Shown here piece by piece: positions 36,983 through 50,280 of a stretch of 64,000 nucleotides of DNA; position 1 is the stretch's first letter; each line of letters opens with the position of its first letter. The DNA comes from Yuukianura sp. NJ FZ-2021. Lineage: Eukaryota. The notes under the pieces were generated by a model. It worked only from the letters and a program-made list of their open reading frames with translations, searched no databases and was not told where the DNA came from. The position numbers and the translations under genes are program-made. The DNA lies in contig CM102287.1 of assembly GCA_046563655.1 (NCBI GenBank), forward strand, positions 5,890,001 through 5,954,000, read 5' to 3'.

Positions 36983-39830
36983 CATAGAGTTACCATGCCA
37001 CTTTTTCGTTTTTTTTCTTTTAACTAGAGTGGACATTTGGCATTTTTTAAACAAAATTTTTGAAGCAAATCCAAAGAGGCTCAAAGAGGCAAAAAAACCG
37101 TTTTCACCTCAAGTTTAAGCCCGTTTCTCACGACGAATAATGAAATTTAAACGTTATGTCTTACAAATTTCTAAAATTGTTAATAATATGAAACTTTGAA
37201 AAAAAAACATGTGCCCGTGTGTGCGATGCTAGTGGTTGTGATAAGTAGTGTGCGAGTATTAAAGAAAAGTGCGCAGAAAAGTGCGCACAAACTGCGCATA
37301 AAAGTGCGCACAAACTGCGCATAAAAGCGCGCAAACTGCGCATAAAAGTGCGCAGAAAAGTGCGCACAAACTCCGCATAAAAGTGCGCACAAACTGCGCA
37401 TACAAGTGCGCACAAACTTCTGTTGTGCCAGATATATGGGTGGATAGTTCTTCTGAAGAATCCTATTTATAACATTTTCATGCAAATTTTTCGAAACTTT
37501 GAAAAAGGAACATTTGAATTCGCTAGTGAATCCACAGGCAAATGTTTTTCTCAGAATAATAGTTTTAACTTTTTTTTATTAACAATTTTAGAAAGTTAGA
37601 GAAATGAACGTTTCAATTTCGTCGTGAGAACCGGGCTTAAACTTAAGGTGAAAACGGTTTTTTTGCCTCTTTGAGCCTCTTTGGATTTGCTTCAAAAATT
37701 TTGTTTAAATAACAAAAACCAAAAAATTGGAAAAAATCCTTCGGTGACAATTAAAGACAAAAATAATGGGTGAGAACCTAAAACTAAGCTCAAAACGATT
37801 TGGCACCGATGAGGCTTTTAACCCATCACAAAGTTTAATTCTTTTTAGAAAATTAATTCTTAATTCTCTATAGAAATTGTATAAGTACAAATATAGCAAA
37901 CCTAAGCATCTAAGGGAGCCCATAACGGTAATAGAACTTCTTCCTTCGTTTAGAGCGAATCAACGCTTTGGTTGAAGTGATGATGGAGGCTATTGTTCTG
38001 TACACCAGCGCTGGTGTTGCTGTCGCGTCCAGCCATGAATGTAGAGTATCCTTGTCTTGACCTTAGCAAAGTTCCGCCACATTTGACCTCCTCTCACTGT
38101 CTGCGTGTTCGGCACTTCCCTGTCCACCTATCTGAATGTCAATGCCAGGCAGAGTGATAATATACATCCATCTTTCATGCTAAAACAGAGTATGGTTTTG
38201 GAATTTGGAAGGAATAGGAAGTTGAAAACAGTTTAGGGTAAGTACGTACGAATCAATGGTGACGAGGATTTGTTTAGGAAAGGTCAAGGAGGTCAATGGG
38301 GTACAGGACTTCTCAATCCACCTTCGTACAGCTTGGTAAAGCGTCTTCAAGGAATTCTGTGAATGTTCGAATCTCAATTAATCAAGGTGAAGAGTACGCT
38401 GGATATTTAAACAAATACCCAGGTGAAATTATAAGCATAAATATGTATAAAATCAACTGTTCCCTATGTAATAATAATAGGCTTAAGTTTGCTATATTTG
38501 TACTTATACAATTTCTATAAGAATTAAACTTTGTTATGGGTTAAGAGCCTCATCGGTGCCAAATCGTTTTGAGCTTAGTTTTAGGTTCTCACCCATTATT
38601 TTTGTCTTTAATTGTCACCGAAGGATTTTTTCCAATTTTTTGGTTTTTGTTATTTTTTTCTTTAATTGTCGCCGAAGGATTTTTTCCAATTTTTTGGTGT
38701 TTGTTATTTTATAATTTTTTTCTTCATAGTTTCCTAAAGGTTATAAGCCCACTCTATACTCGCCATTTTTCAGGGAAATTTCCCTGGCAACGAATGGGAA
38801 ACGCAATTTATGCTTTTTTTCCTCGATGGCAAACCATTTCCCGGGGTACGCGAGGGAAAAGGATTTCATAGGGAAAACAATATATACTTTTCCATAACTT
38901 TGTCTTCCCCTTGCGTTTTCCAAAGTTGATCTCAATCCTTCTTTTTCCCGGGAAAGCGTTGATTATCAGACTGTCTGATTCAGACAGTTGTCAAGGCGAT
39001 TTTCTACTTTTTTGTCTCGACAAAGACAACTTCCAAACATTTTTCCTCTACCAATTTATACTATCTCCAGGACAAAGGTCAAAATTTGTGTGAGAAAATC
39101 CCAGGGAAATTGTTGAGGGAGAGTTGAGAGGAAAAGTAGAAATTGGTGAAACTCAAAAAATTCCAAAGGCAACTTTGCCCGGCTTTTTTCCTTGGGAAAA
39201 GGGAAAAAGTATAAATTGAGCTATATATCTTCATATGAAGTTTGACTTGCGATATTAGCCTCAATTCGTATTCAGTGAGACAACTTAACTTGGCAAACTC
39301 CTGACAGCGTATTGAGTGGGAAGTTGTTGCTCACATTTGTTAAGATTGCTTATCGAAAATAGATCGTTGTCAAATTGAATTTTAAATTATTTTGAATTTT
39401 CTCAAATCTTCAAATCAAAATTTCGGCCCTTGAAGAAAAGCTTTTGGGTATGTCAATTATGCAATCCTATAGGAAATTTGCTGCTGATTCATATTTTCGT
39501 GGTCTCTACTTGGGGCAAGCCTTAGTTCTGTTAGCAACGAGCAATAAAACACTGTTGCTATGAAATGTTGTCATTGGAAACCTCACTAATCGATTCAGAA
39601 CCCTCGAAATATGTCAGATTCAAATTTTCAGCTTTTTACTAATTATATTGCCTGAGTTATTAATTAAAAACCGGAAAAGTCGACGTTCAAATTCCATTCC
39701 TGAGGCTTACCTTATAGTAGGTTGATAAGGGCAACCAACTAATTCGTGTTTTTTGTCACCTCAGGAAAAATGTCAAATGTCCACTCTAGTTAAAGAGAAA
39801 AAATCGAAAAATTGTCTTGGTAACTCAATG
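36983..39830. mobile_element. 2,848-bp non-autonomous TIR DNA transposon (P- or hAT-like: CA..TG ends, 8-bp TSD)
   Basis: ~65-bp imperfect TIRs: catagagttaccatgccac..taactagagtggacatttggcattttt and aaaaatgtcaaatgtccactctagtta..ggtaactcaatg. Perfect direct repeat ATAACAAC at 36975-36982 and 39831-39838. No transposase ORF. Confidence 0.92.
37265..37418. repeat. Minisatellite of alternating 11/12-bp units (aaaagtgcgcac / aaactgcgcat) inside the transposon
   Basis: Directly visible tandem array. Confidence 0.9.
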
Positions 39831-41391
39831 ATAACAACTATACCTACAACGAGGCCTTGCCAATGCCATACGAACTCCTTGTTGCCTTGATGCAATCCAT
39901 TCGTAGTCGCAGTCACAACTCACCTAAAGATGTTACGGAGCAGAATGCCACGCTCCAGCGACTTATACGTCAAATCATGTCGCCACACGTCACGTACAAC
40001 TGTTCTATCTTGGAGAGAGTAGAAGACTTCCCAACTGTTGACCACTTTATGAGTGCTTTGCTCAACGAAGTGGACAAGCTTCATCCGAATTACTTCATTG
40101 AAGTTGAGGTAGGAAGATGTGACAAGACGGTTTACGCCATGCCAAGTGAAGACACGTTTGTAACAAATTTGAAAACAGCAGTGGGAGGTGGAAGCAACAA
40201 AGTTGCATATTTCGGAAATACGAAGAAGAAGGAGATGGAGATGTTTCATTTCGGAACGAGGCAGTACCTGATTGCCATGTCAGAGGAAGACTACGACAAT
40301 ATTTACATTAAGGTCAACGTAGATGCTCTCTCTAGCGGCGGATTTCTGCATTACTGGGAAACGCTGAGAACATACCCTGGTAGAATGCGGTTTCGCGCAC
40401 AAGAAGAGAAATTTCAGCGAGAAAGGGCAAATCCAGTGCCCATGGGACTAACTCAGAAATTCGGCACGATTTTCAATCTGCTTCTAGCAGGAATTGCTAT
40501 TTCAATTCTGGTACTGGCAAAGGAAAAATTTTGTACCAAAATTTCGTTCAAAACGTTAAAATTTAACAGGCAAACAACAAAAGTAGTAGTTCTCTCACAA
40601 AGAAACGCAATATAGAAAGCACCAAAGCCTTGCTAAATTTAAAAATATTGGCACGCGTTTTACAAATAACAATTCAAAAAGTTGGAGATGTTTAAATTAA
40701 CGAAACACAAGGAACCGAAATTGAATCTGTCATGTCATGTTTGGGAATGTGCCTCTGAAGAATCGTTTAAGTTTGAATTTGTAAACTAGTTAACCTTAAT
40801 CCAGTTAATTTAATTGAGTTTGTAGTTCTATAACTAGCTTAGGCATCACTGGGCTACATGTATTTTTCATAAGTTGTTACATAGGTCACGGCACCAAAAT
40901 TCCAACCCCCACCACGTAATTTCTTCGCAACTTTGTCTACGCAGCAAATACCTTGTGACAAACGGAACCAAGCATTCAAAACCTTGCTGTGGTTTCCTTT
41001 TCGTGTTTAGCTCCTAATTTTGAATTGGGTGCAGAAAAAAAAATTCACATTGCATTGTTCAGCTAGGTCAAATTTAGTTGATGGAGGCTAAATGTCAATA
41101 TTGGATTTCTAATGTACAGATCCCCTAGTTCCAATCAAAGTGTAAATGATACTGATTCAGCTTAGAAACATCTTAAGAATTGTTCCATATGAATTCCTAT
41201 TGCCACAAACATTCCAAGAGGATGTTCTTTTCCGCAAAACGCTGTCGAACACCAAATAAAAGTAAACTGCGCTTGCGCTTGCATGGGACTTGGTTTTTCA
41301 GAATCAACAATTCCTTTTCTGTTTTCAGAGGAATAAGTTCTAGTTGCATTTAAATTAGAAACTTCAACTTCAGTTTAATAATTAAAAGGTG

Positions 41392-44242
41392 ATGGACGCC
41401 ACCGGCACCTTAGTTGGGTCTCTGACCAGCTTTAAAGTATTGCTAGCGTTGTTCCTCGCTTCTTTACCATCTTTAATCAACTACGTAGACATCATCCAAA
41501 CTGTCGCAGATGAAACAAGTCAATTCAACACTGATGACCACAAGGAAAACACTTTCGACTTTATCATTGGTACGATACGCTTGTTTCAAAAATTTCAATA
41601 AAAAAAAGATACTTTCTTAAATTTAGTTGGAGGAGGAACTGCTGGTTGTGTTTTGGCAAATCGTCTGTCCACCAATCCAAACAATAAAGTACTTCTACTG
41701 GAACGTGGCGGAGATCCATTACCTTTTACGCAAGTTCCGATTCTCTCTAGGCCAACGTTTTTCACCGAGTCGTTAGCCATAGGCTACAAATATCTTACAA
41801 CGAATCAAACTGCACTCCAACAAGTATGTCAACTTTTTTGTCCAGGAAAGTCAAAATAACATTTTGCATTAGATAAATCTTTAATTAATTAGTATTTTTT
41901 GTTTTGCAGCAGAGCTATTTAATCATGACTGGGCGTGGTCTAGGTGGCTGTACCAACATTAATGGGTTGGTGTACACAAGAGGTTCTCCGCAAATCTACG
42001 ACAAATGGGCAGAAATGACGCAAGACCCAGTTTGGCGTTATAACAATGTACTAAAAGCGTTCAAAAGCGTCGAAGATTACCACGGATACTACACAGATCC
42101 AATCGGTAATTCACTCCGTCACTAGACAAATTACTTTGAATTACGCAAGTAGTTTTTACTTTTGATTTGGTCAGTTTAAATAAATTTTGAATTTTTTGGC
42201 GTACTTCCTCTCTAGATTTGAAATATCATTCAGTTGGTGGAGAGATGTACGTTGGTAACGGTGACAGAGATGCACCAAATGTCGCTCTGGACTATTTTTT
42301 CAAAGCAGCGTCCTCTGCCGGATTTTCTGAAATTGATGTCAACAGTGGAGACAAACAGGCACGAAATGGCGGATACACTCACGTCGATTTCAATATCAAA
42401 CAAGGCCAGAGATGGAGCACATACAAAGCATTCCTTCAGCCAATCCTGTCTCGACCTAACTTAAAAGTCATCCGTTACGCCCAAGCCACGAAGGTAAAAA
42501 TTTTGGAAACTGAACTAAAGTAAGTGTCGAATTTTATTTGGTCCTGCTAACTTTTAATTAAGAAAATTCTGTTCTTCAGATTCATTTGAATAATGAACAT
42601 AAAGTGACTGGAGTAGAGTACACGAGACACGGACAAACGCGATTTGCGTATGCGCGAAGAGAAGTGATCGTAAGTGCTGGCACGTTTCATTCTGCGCAGC
42701 TCCTCATGCTTTCTGGAATTGGACCAAAAGAAGAACTCAAAAGAATTGGGGTATTTTGGTTCAAAAGTTACTTAACACTATTAAACGTTTTTCCTGTTTT
42801 TTAAAACTCAACTAAAAAGCTAAACTTTTCAAAAATTTTAGGTTCCCTTAAAAGTCGACCTCCCGGTTGGAGCGACATTGTTAGACCATTTTGGCGTGGG
42901 TCTCACTTTTTCTATCAACAAAACTCTTTTCTACTACTTCGACCGTGATGCTACGCTTCAAGATACGTTCAACTACATCTCCACCAAAACCGGTAAAAAA
43001 GAACAAGCTTTCCTACAAGCTTCCTCGACAACGAAAAGTTAATTTTCTTTAACAGGTTGGGTACTACCACGCTTATTAACAAAAAAAAATAGTACCAATT
43101 TAGTACCAATTCAAAAAATTGGTACCAAATCGTATGCAAAATTTAAAAAATTCCGCTGCATTACTGACTAGGATGCGCTGAAATGAAATTTTGCAAAATC
43201 GAAGACACACGGAGGTATTACCCAACTTATTAAAGAAAATTAAAATCAACGAACCTTGCTCTCGTATATTCTTATAAATGTTACTAAAGACAGTTATAGT
43301 TATTGTAGCAGTAACTTAACTGCAGTTCATTTACTTAGCACGTAGTCTTCGTTGGATCAACTAATTTTAAGCTTTCGAACAAATCCGATAATTCTGTTTC
43401 AAGGTAATTTCGCTTGGATTCAGTCGGATACTGCCGCAATATTTACAAAATCGTCCAATTCAAGAGTGAACTACCCGAATTTGGAGCTGATTTTCGGAAA
43501 CCTTTTAGCATTGCCGCAACCTTCAGATCCAAGCCGAGACTACTTTTCGCTGTCCACAACCGTTGTGGCTCCACAAAGTTCTGGAACAGTCACTCTACGC
43601 AGTCGTGATCCCACTGATGAACCAATCGTCAATCCAAACTACTTGACAAACCGCAACGACATCGATGCAACCATGCAAGGTAATTGATAACAAATTAACA
43701 TAAAGCTATAAAATAGATTTTGAGACTATTAACTTAATTCAATTTACCATTAACTTGTAAGTACTTTAATAACTGCTAGGCATTGAGCTGAGTCTATCTC
43801 TGTTGGAGTCGTCGCCTGACTTCCAGGCTGTTGACCTCCAAATAGTTCCTGTTCCAGCGTGTGCCTCTTTTCAATTCAAATCACCCGCATACTGGAAGTG
43901 TCATGTTAAGAACGCGGGATTTTCGGAACAACATCCAACCGGAAGTTGCCCTATGGGGAAAGTAGTGGACTCCAGACTCAAGTAATCTTAACTAATTTAA
44001 CTAATTTTAATTACAAATACTAATCTATAATTTAAAAATAATTTTTAATTCAAACCTGCTTCTGACTTTACTTTTGAAATGGCAGGGTGCTTGGCGTGCG
44101 AGGTTTGCGAGTGATAGATGCGTCTGTGATGCCTCTGATTCCAAATGCTCACACGGCCACTGCTACTGTCATAATCGCTACAATGGGAGCTTCGTTTGTT
44201 TTGAACGACGGCAGGTTTGATGCTAATCGCCAATCAGGTTAG
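41392..44242 (+). CDS. GMC oxidoreductase (glucose dehydrogenase [FAD]-like), multi-exon
   Basis: [20 protein letters not shown] (FAD binding), [57 protein letters not shown]. Confidence 0.92.
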
Positions 44243-44408
44243 GTTAACCTAACAAACCTGATCGTATTCTGTCTATAAAGTAAAAGTAATAAATTTTGCA
44301 TTTGCCGAGCCAATCTGTGTTTACATGTGCAACTTTTATATACATATACAATATATAATGTGATACCATAATATAATAACATTATATTATATACATGGTA
44401 TAATATCT

Positions 44409-47315
44409 TCACGAAAGTTCAATGTCTTCAAACGAGGTTTGTGCACTTCCGGCCGACATTTTCCGGTTCCTCTCCTTCCGCGACTGTTTTTGCGAATTCG
44501 TTTCATTCCGAGACTTCGTGGTGAGCCGAGAAGAACAGCGGTAGTCAATTCGTTTTTTGCATCCAGGCATTCCTTTGAGTGGTTTCAGAATAGCTAAAAA
44601 GAAAACAAGAAACGTATTTCAGAAATTTTGAAATTTCTGGAATTTCGTTTGGAAAAACTTTGAATGCTTACGCCTAAGCACGGGATATTTTTGCCACAAT
44701 TGCGTCAGGATGAGTCTCTTCCAAATGAAGATGTAGAAGATCCCAATGGCCTGCAGAATATTGGCACAGTCGATGGTGCCCCATCCTATTATCCAGCCGA
44801 GACTCATGTCCGAGTATCTTGGTTCTGCCCAAAAACTTACAAGTTCAAAAATCCATGTCACTCCTGCGCATGTTCAATGGAACAAAGGAAGAATTAGGAT
44901 AAAAAAAAACTTATTTTGGTTTTTCGTTTGCCTTGCGTACTTACCCATGACCACAAAAAGCTTCACTATGACTTTGCAGCTAGAGAATCAAAAGTTTCAT
45001 AATTTCGGGAATTTCCGAATCAGTTGAGTATTTAGAAAATTTTAGTCAGGTTGAAAAAAATTAAGTTTTACGACTCAAATTCCTGTTGTGCCTTTTCCTC
45101 ATGTACTTGCGATGTTTTTTTGAAGTGAGCGTAGATTTTGAATGCAGTTGACACAAAGAATGCAAAGTTAAGGACCATCAAGGCACCAACGGGGTAGTAC
45201 AGGTACATACCCAGTGCACTTTGCTGTACGAAACAGATACCGTTCTTTCCATATGCAGGACTCTCACCAACTCTATTTAAAATACATAATATATAATATA
45301 TAAATATATAAAAATAAGTGTAACTTATTAAATAAATGTTGAAACTCAAAAATTTACCCTGTATCACCCAGAATGATACCAGTAACAACAATGACAAACG
45401 GAATTCCAAACCCAAACGCAGCATATCTGAAGTAACGCCCAAAGTCTTTGGCTTTTACCGGCTTGGATTTCAGGTCCCTAAAATTAAGGCAGTATAATGC
45501 GAATTATAATTACATTTTGAAAAATTAGTTCTAAACTTGTAAAAAATGGCAGAAAGTTATTCAAAAAATTGTTGATTAGCTAAGACTAAACTGAAAGTTT
45601 CAAAGAAAAATTCCGAGTTACCAAAATTTCCACCAAATGTCAAAGTTAATGACAGTCAACCAAGTAAAAATTGATTCAAAGAAAAAGTGGGCCAGGAGTC
45701 CTAAAATATATATTAAATATATCTTAAAACTAATTTTAAAAGTAATTACAGACACGTACATTATGTGTACCCAATACACATAAATATTCCAAATTGTATT
45801 ACCAATTATTCCATATTATAAATTAAAGTTAAGTAAAATTAGTTAAAGTTATGTTCACTTACCGTTGAGGTAGCACCCGAAGCTAAATTCTGTGTCATTA
45901 GTTAGGCGGTATCTCGCTCTCAATTTAAAAATGGCAAAGAAGACATAAGCAAAGAACAGAGATGCAATGTACGACAGTACTGTCCAGCCATGCGTGTTTT
46001 GTTTTTCCCACAATGCCACGTAGATCATCATTGCAAACGCCAAGAACACTGAGCTCACAATCATCAGGATCGAATGTACAAGGTTCACCGTTTGCTAAAT
46101 TTTCATTTTCAAAATTTCTTAAAATGATTATCGTGTCACAATTTTTGAAAAACTTACCTCCGCATCAGCTTTTTTCATCGACATTTCAAAAAAGTCGTCA
46201 TTTTTATTTCGTACTGTCGTGGCTTCTTCTCCCAAACCAGTTTCCTCTCCTGCCGCAGTATGCAACGTCGTACAGTCCAAATCAATCAGAACATTTTCAT
46301 CAGACGCTGCATCCCCGTCCAAGCAGAAGTCAATTGGATAAACTTCCCAAGTGTCCATCTCATGACCTTTGTACACAAGGTCACCGTTGGCCAGAAGTCG
46401 AATCCTATGAGGAATATGTTTTGACTTAAAACTAAATAATTTAATTAATAAGTATAATAGTATATTAATCATTCGTAAGAAACAAAACCTACTCGGTGTG
46501 TTTGTCGTCCACAACGATAAAGTGCTTATTGGTGGTGAGTTGCGCAAACTCAAGTTCTTGGCGGCAAAATGTGAGTCTGGGCACAACATGGAGGGGGATT
46601 TCAACCCGAGGGTGGCCACTTTCAATTTCGGAGTGTAAGGTGGGAATCCATTTCCGATTGGCAGGAACGCATTTGCTGTCTGGCACGTCAAACAGTTCGT
46701 CTAGATGGCAGCACTTGGGGATGCAATGTTCACTGGCACAGTCCACGAGGCAAATTGAAATTTCCAAAATTCCGCTGCTAACACTAAAAATTCAAATTAA
46801 CAAAAAAGTTTGAATTTTTTACCGTTTGTATTTCTAAATAGTTTAAAAAACTGTACTTTTTGAAACAGTATTCCTCATTAGTAAAAGTCCGATTTCGGAA
46901 ATTCAGATCTTCCGCTGATTCCGAAAATTGAAGTAACCCGGAAGGCGTGAAATGGAAAGAAGAGTTATTTGCAGTGATATTTCTGATGTCGATGCTAAAC
47001 TGTTTCATTTGTCCAATTGCGCACTGGTAAAGGTGAAATGAAGTCAAACTGTAACAAAAAAAAAAGTAAGTTACAACTCGACATTGCAAAGGCCGTCTCA
47101 AAATATTATTTTTGACTAAATTTTATATAAAAAGTAAAGTTTTACGCAAAGTTAAGGTCTTGGTCGTTGCTCGAAAAGTGCTTCGGAATAAAAATTCTGG
47201 AAGTTGAATTTCCAGCGGAATTGAATTGTGACTCTGAGCATTTTTGTACTTTAGTCACTGCACAATGGAGTCCTTGCAACAGAAACAATTCGAGCAGAAT
47301 TACAAAACGAATCAT
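44409..47315 (-). CDS. Methuselah-like secretin-class GPCR
   Basis: Signal peptide MIRFVILLELFLLQG. Cys-rich ectodomain (CIPKCC, FCLDG). TM segments with QNTHGWTVLSY, YGKNGICFV, GVTWIFELVS, NILQAIGIFYIFIWKR. Confidence 0.85.
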
Positions 47316-48571
47316 TTTTTAAAACTCTTCCGAAATTCCAAAAATTTAAACCAGTTTAAAAAACAAGCTAAGAATAGGACGCATTTTGACCCAAATTAGA
47401 CTCTAAAATGGAACTATCCCTTGCGCAGTTTCCAGTTTTAGACTTTGAGTTTTAGTCCAAATTTGTTGCGGTAAATTTTCTTCCCTTCAGCGTTTCCTTG
47501 TGGCTTCATCTTCACCAACATTTCCGTAGAACCAATTACTTCACATATCCCGTTTCATGCATAAAACATCCAAAAATTACCAAATTATGGAAACTACGCC
47601 ATGGCTATTTTCGTTACCTCAAGTGCAAGTGGTGAGCCATGCAAGATAGTTACTTAAACATTAGTTAACTCAACAACAACACCTCAGTTTGTCATTTTTA
47701 TGTCAAGTTCCGCTAAACTTGGGTGTTTAGTGAAGTTAAAGTTTAGTCAAATTAGAGCTGAGGTAATTTGGTGTTTAGGAAATCCAAGTTTTTGATTAAA
47801 TTGCAAATGATGTAATGTACCTTATCCAAAATGTTATGCAAAGTTTGTATTGTACAAGTGCCGATAGACATCCGACAGTTCCATGGAAAGAAACATAACA
47901 TATAACTGTACAATTCCTATCGTAATTTTATAAAGTGAATGTTCACACAAACATAAAATTCATCTTGTACGAAAAGCTTTTTGCTTGTACGTTTTATCTC
48001 GAATATTTTTGAGAAAAAAAAACTGCATCTTTCGCTAAAATGCCTCCAAAAATTTTGTTCTTCTGTTTGCCAAGAATTCAATAAACCTATGAAAAAATAT
48101 CTCAAAAGACAGTTTTGCTAGGACAAACAAGACATTGTAATTCAAATGTCAAACACTAAATTTCGTAAGGACAATATATAATATTTACACTACTCCGAAG
48201 TTTTGCACGAGCCGAATCCTAACATCGTTTTTCTCCAATCAGAAAATTCCAATAATTTCCTTGGTTTTCCATTTTACAAAAATTACTTAAGCTTTCCTTT
48301 AAACTTTTGACAGTACATAATATATCGATCCTGAGGAATTTTCTTTCACTATATCGGCAAAGGTTCAATAGGAAGTGTATAATCTAAAACATTTCAAAAA
48401 ACGGGACTTTTCTACTTCGAAATAACTTTTTTTTTCAAAACACTGCGTGTGTAATTACTAACATAAATTATGAGAACGACGGTAGCTTCCAGTCCACAGT
48501 TAAAGAAACCAGGTCTGTCACACAAAAATTCAAAAACGACCAATTTAAAACAGCTCCAGTCAAAAACATCG

Positions 48572-49817
48572 ATGCAGTTACATTACCGAATTCTACATTT
48601 TTCACACCTCACCTTAAATTCACCTATTGCAGTAGTTACTTCATCCAACAATATTTACTTTCAACTAGATTCTTCACAGAGATACAAAATATTTTGTGGT
48701 TTTCACCTTTATGTTGACATTTTTATGATCATTACGTCCATCATTGGCCACATTTCAGCCAGAATTTTCAAATTAAACCATGCATTTGTACTCGTCATCT
48801 ACTTCTATCCAGTTCTGGCAGCAATAAACCTCGTCTTCGACATATACGAACAAGCGTACAAGTTGCAGCGTGTCCAAATTCTAAATTCAATCATACACTT
48901 CATAACTTCCAAAAGAGGTATCAAAAGGTTTCTGTTCAACAAATTTGTCCAAGCTTTTACAAAGCAAAAATATTTAAAATATTTTTAAAAATTGGCTGCA
49001 CACGAATTTCATTCTCTTTTCAGAAATGAGGCAACTCTGGATGAAGTTCATAACATACAAAACAGCAAAAATGGTCAAAGTTCATGTCACTTTTTGTGTT
49101 AGTTATTGTATTTGTAGTGCCGCAATCCTCATATGGTTTTTTGATGACGTTTGGTTTGTGATTTTTTGTTGGAATGACTACATTTTCCGTTCATTTATGT
49201 CACCTTTTGAAGTTACTCTTGCAACATTCCTAGGAGAATATTTAGCATTTTTTGGCTTAATGATTTCGCTAATCAAATGGTACACAACTTATGCGCAAGT
49301 CACAGTAGCCATTACAGAGATAGCGATACTTTCCAAAGAAATTTTGGCTAGAAAGTTTGATTGGATTGGGCACTTGGAGCTATACATTTTGTGTACCTAC
49401 TTCAACGAAGCCTATCGCTCCATCATCATCAGCGTTACTTTTGCTACGTCAATTTTGGGGTTCATGGCCTATGGCTTCTGCGTCATTCATCAATCGATTA
49501 TTCTTGCACTGAGTATGGCAGTGTTCACAACGCTGGGTCTAGCGGGTGTCGTTAGCTTCATGCAAACTGCGGCACTTATTCACAAAGACTCCCTTAGGTG
49601 GATAGTTCACTGGAGAACGAAATTTTCAGCAGTTACTGGAAATCCTGGACGAAATTGGAGACGACACACCAATCAAATTCTACTTTCTATTCGACCGTGT
49701 CGAATTGAAGCAGGACCATTCTTCTTTATCACATACAAACATACGTTAATCTTTATTAATGTAATTGCAAACAACACCATCACTTTCATTATGTCTGCAA
49801 AAGAGGAAAGTCATTAG
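48572..49817 (+). CDS. 7-TM chemoreceptor (GR-like), array 2 copy A, 2 exons
   Basis: Exons ~48572-48917 and 49024-49817. Hydrophobic; C-terminal PCRIEAGPFFFITYKHTLIFINVIANNTITFIM is GR/OR-TM7-like. Confidence 0.68.
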
Positions 49818-50099
49818 AATGTATTTGTCATAAGTAAACACAACGCTAAAACAATTTTGCGAAGAAATAAAATAAATTAGCAAATCTTATTGGTATAGTG
49901 TGCTGATGTTATAAATGTCAAAGAGCATAGAAAAAGAATATGTAGTGAGAATAGTACATCGTATGTAACAGTGTTAAACACTATTGAAAATTTCAGTCGC
50001 TGAGGGTAAAAGGTATGATTTCTGCAAATTCGATTTTGAAGAGTTAAAACTTGGAACCTTTAAAAGTGTCGAGTGCATCTTTTAGCTTAGCTTCTGGAA

Positions 50100-50280
50100 A
50101 GGAAGTGATTTAAATTCAAACTAAATTTTCAGCTACCTTATATCAAATGGCATCCCAGGGTTTTACTGTTTCATTTTTATGACTTCACTTTTAGTTGTGC
50201 AAAATGAACGTGAATCACTGGAAAAGGTTAAAGTGTTGCAGGAGTACCCCTTAACACCGATTTCTGCATTAACAATGCCT
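50100..50280 (+). pseudogene. Degenerate relic of the upstream region and exon 1 of the P4-ATPase gene
   Basis: tgcaaaATGaacgtgaatcactgg..aaagtgttgcaggagtacccc..acaccgatttctgca aligns with tgcaaaATGactgtgagtgactgg..aaagtgtcgcaggcgtacccc..acaccaattactgca at 55090-55165. Frameshifted. Confidence 0.8.

Larger units (their letters stand above)
35291..40615 (+). pseudogene. Intronless divergent ionotropic-receptor (iGluR/IR)-like gene interrupted by a transposon
   Basis: 5' part has YNFITC, an M1-like segment (FAPVVWGAIAST..) and an M3-like LLSNGYRGALTAKLS. 3' part has an S2-like LSSGGFLHYW and a final TM (FGTIFNLLLAGIAISILVL). Removing 36983-39830 plus one TSD copy gives a continuous 822-codon frame (..CNWTYNN|YTYNEALPMPYE..). 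Confidence 0.8.

Noticed and set aside
37161..37485. Minus-strand ORFs rich in CA/LRTF repeats; CRISPR-like appearance
   Set aside because: They are translations of the 11/12-bp minisatellite. There are no unique spacers and no cas genes, and the context is eukaryotic.
39750..39830. Acceptor-like ttttgtcacctcag near the right TIR that might splice the transposon out of the IR gene
   Set aside because: An in-frame TAA at 39821-39823 lies between this AG and the 3' half of the gene, so that route cannot restore the protein.
44140..44160. His instead of Asn at the second GMC catalytic position (PNAHT)
   Set aside because: His/His pairs are common among GMC oxidoreductases, so this is not unusual.
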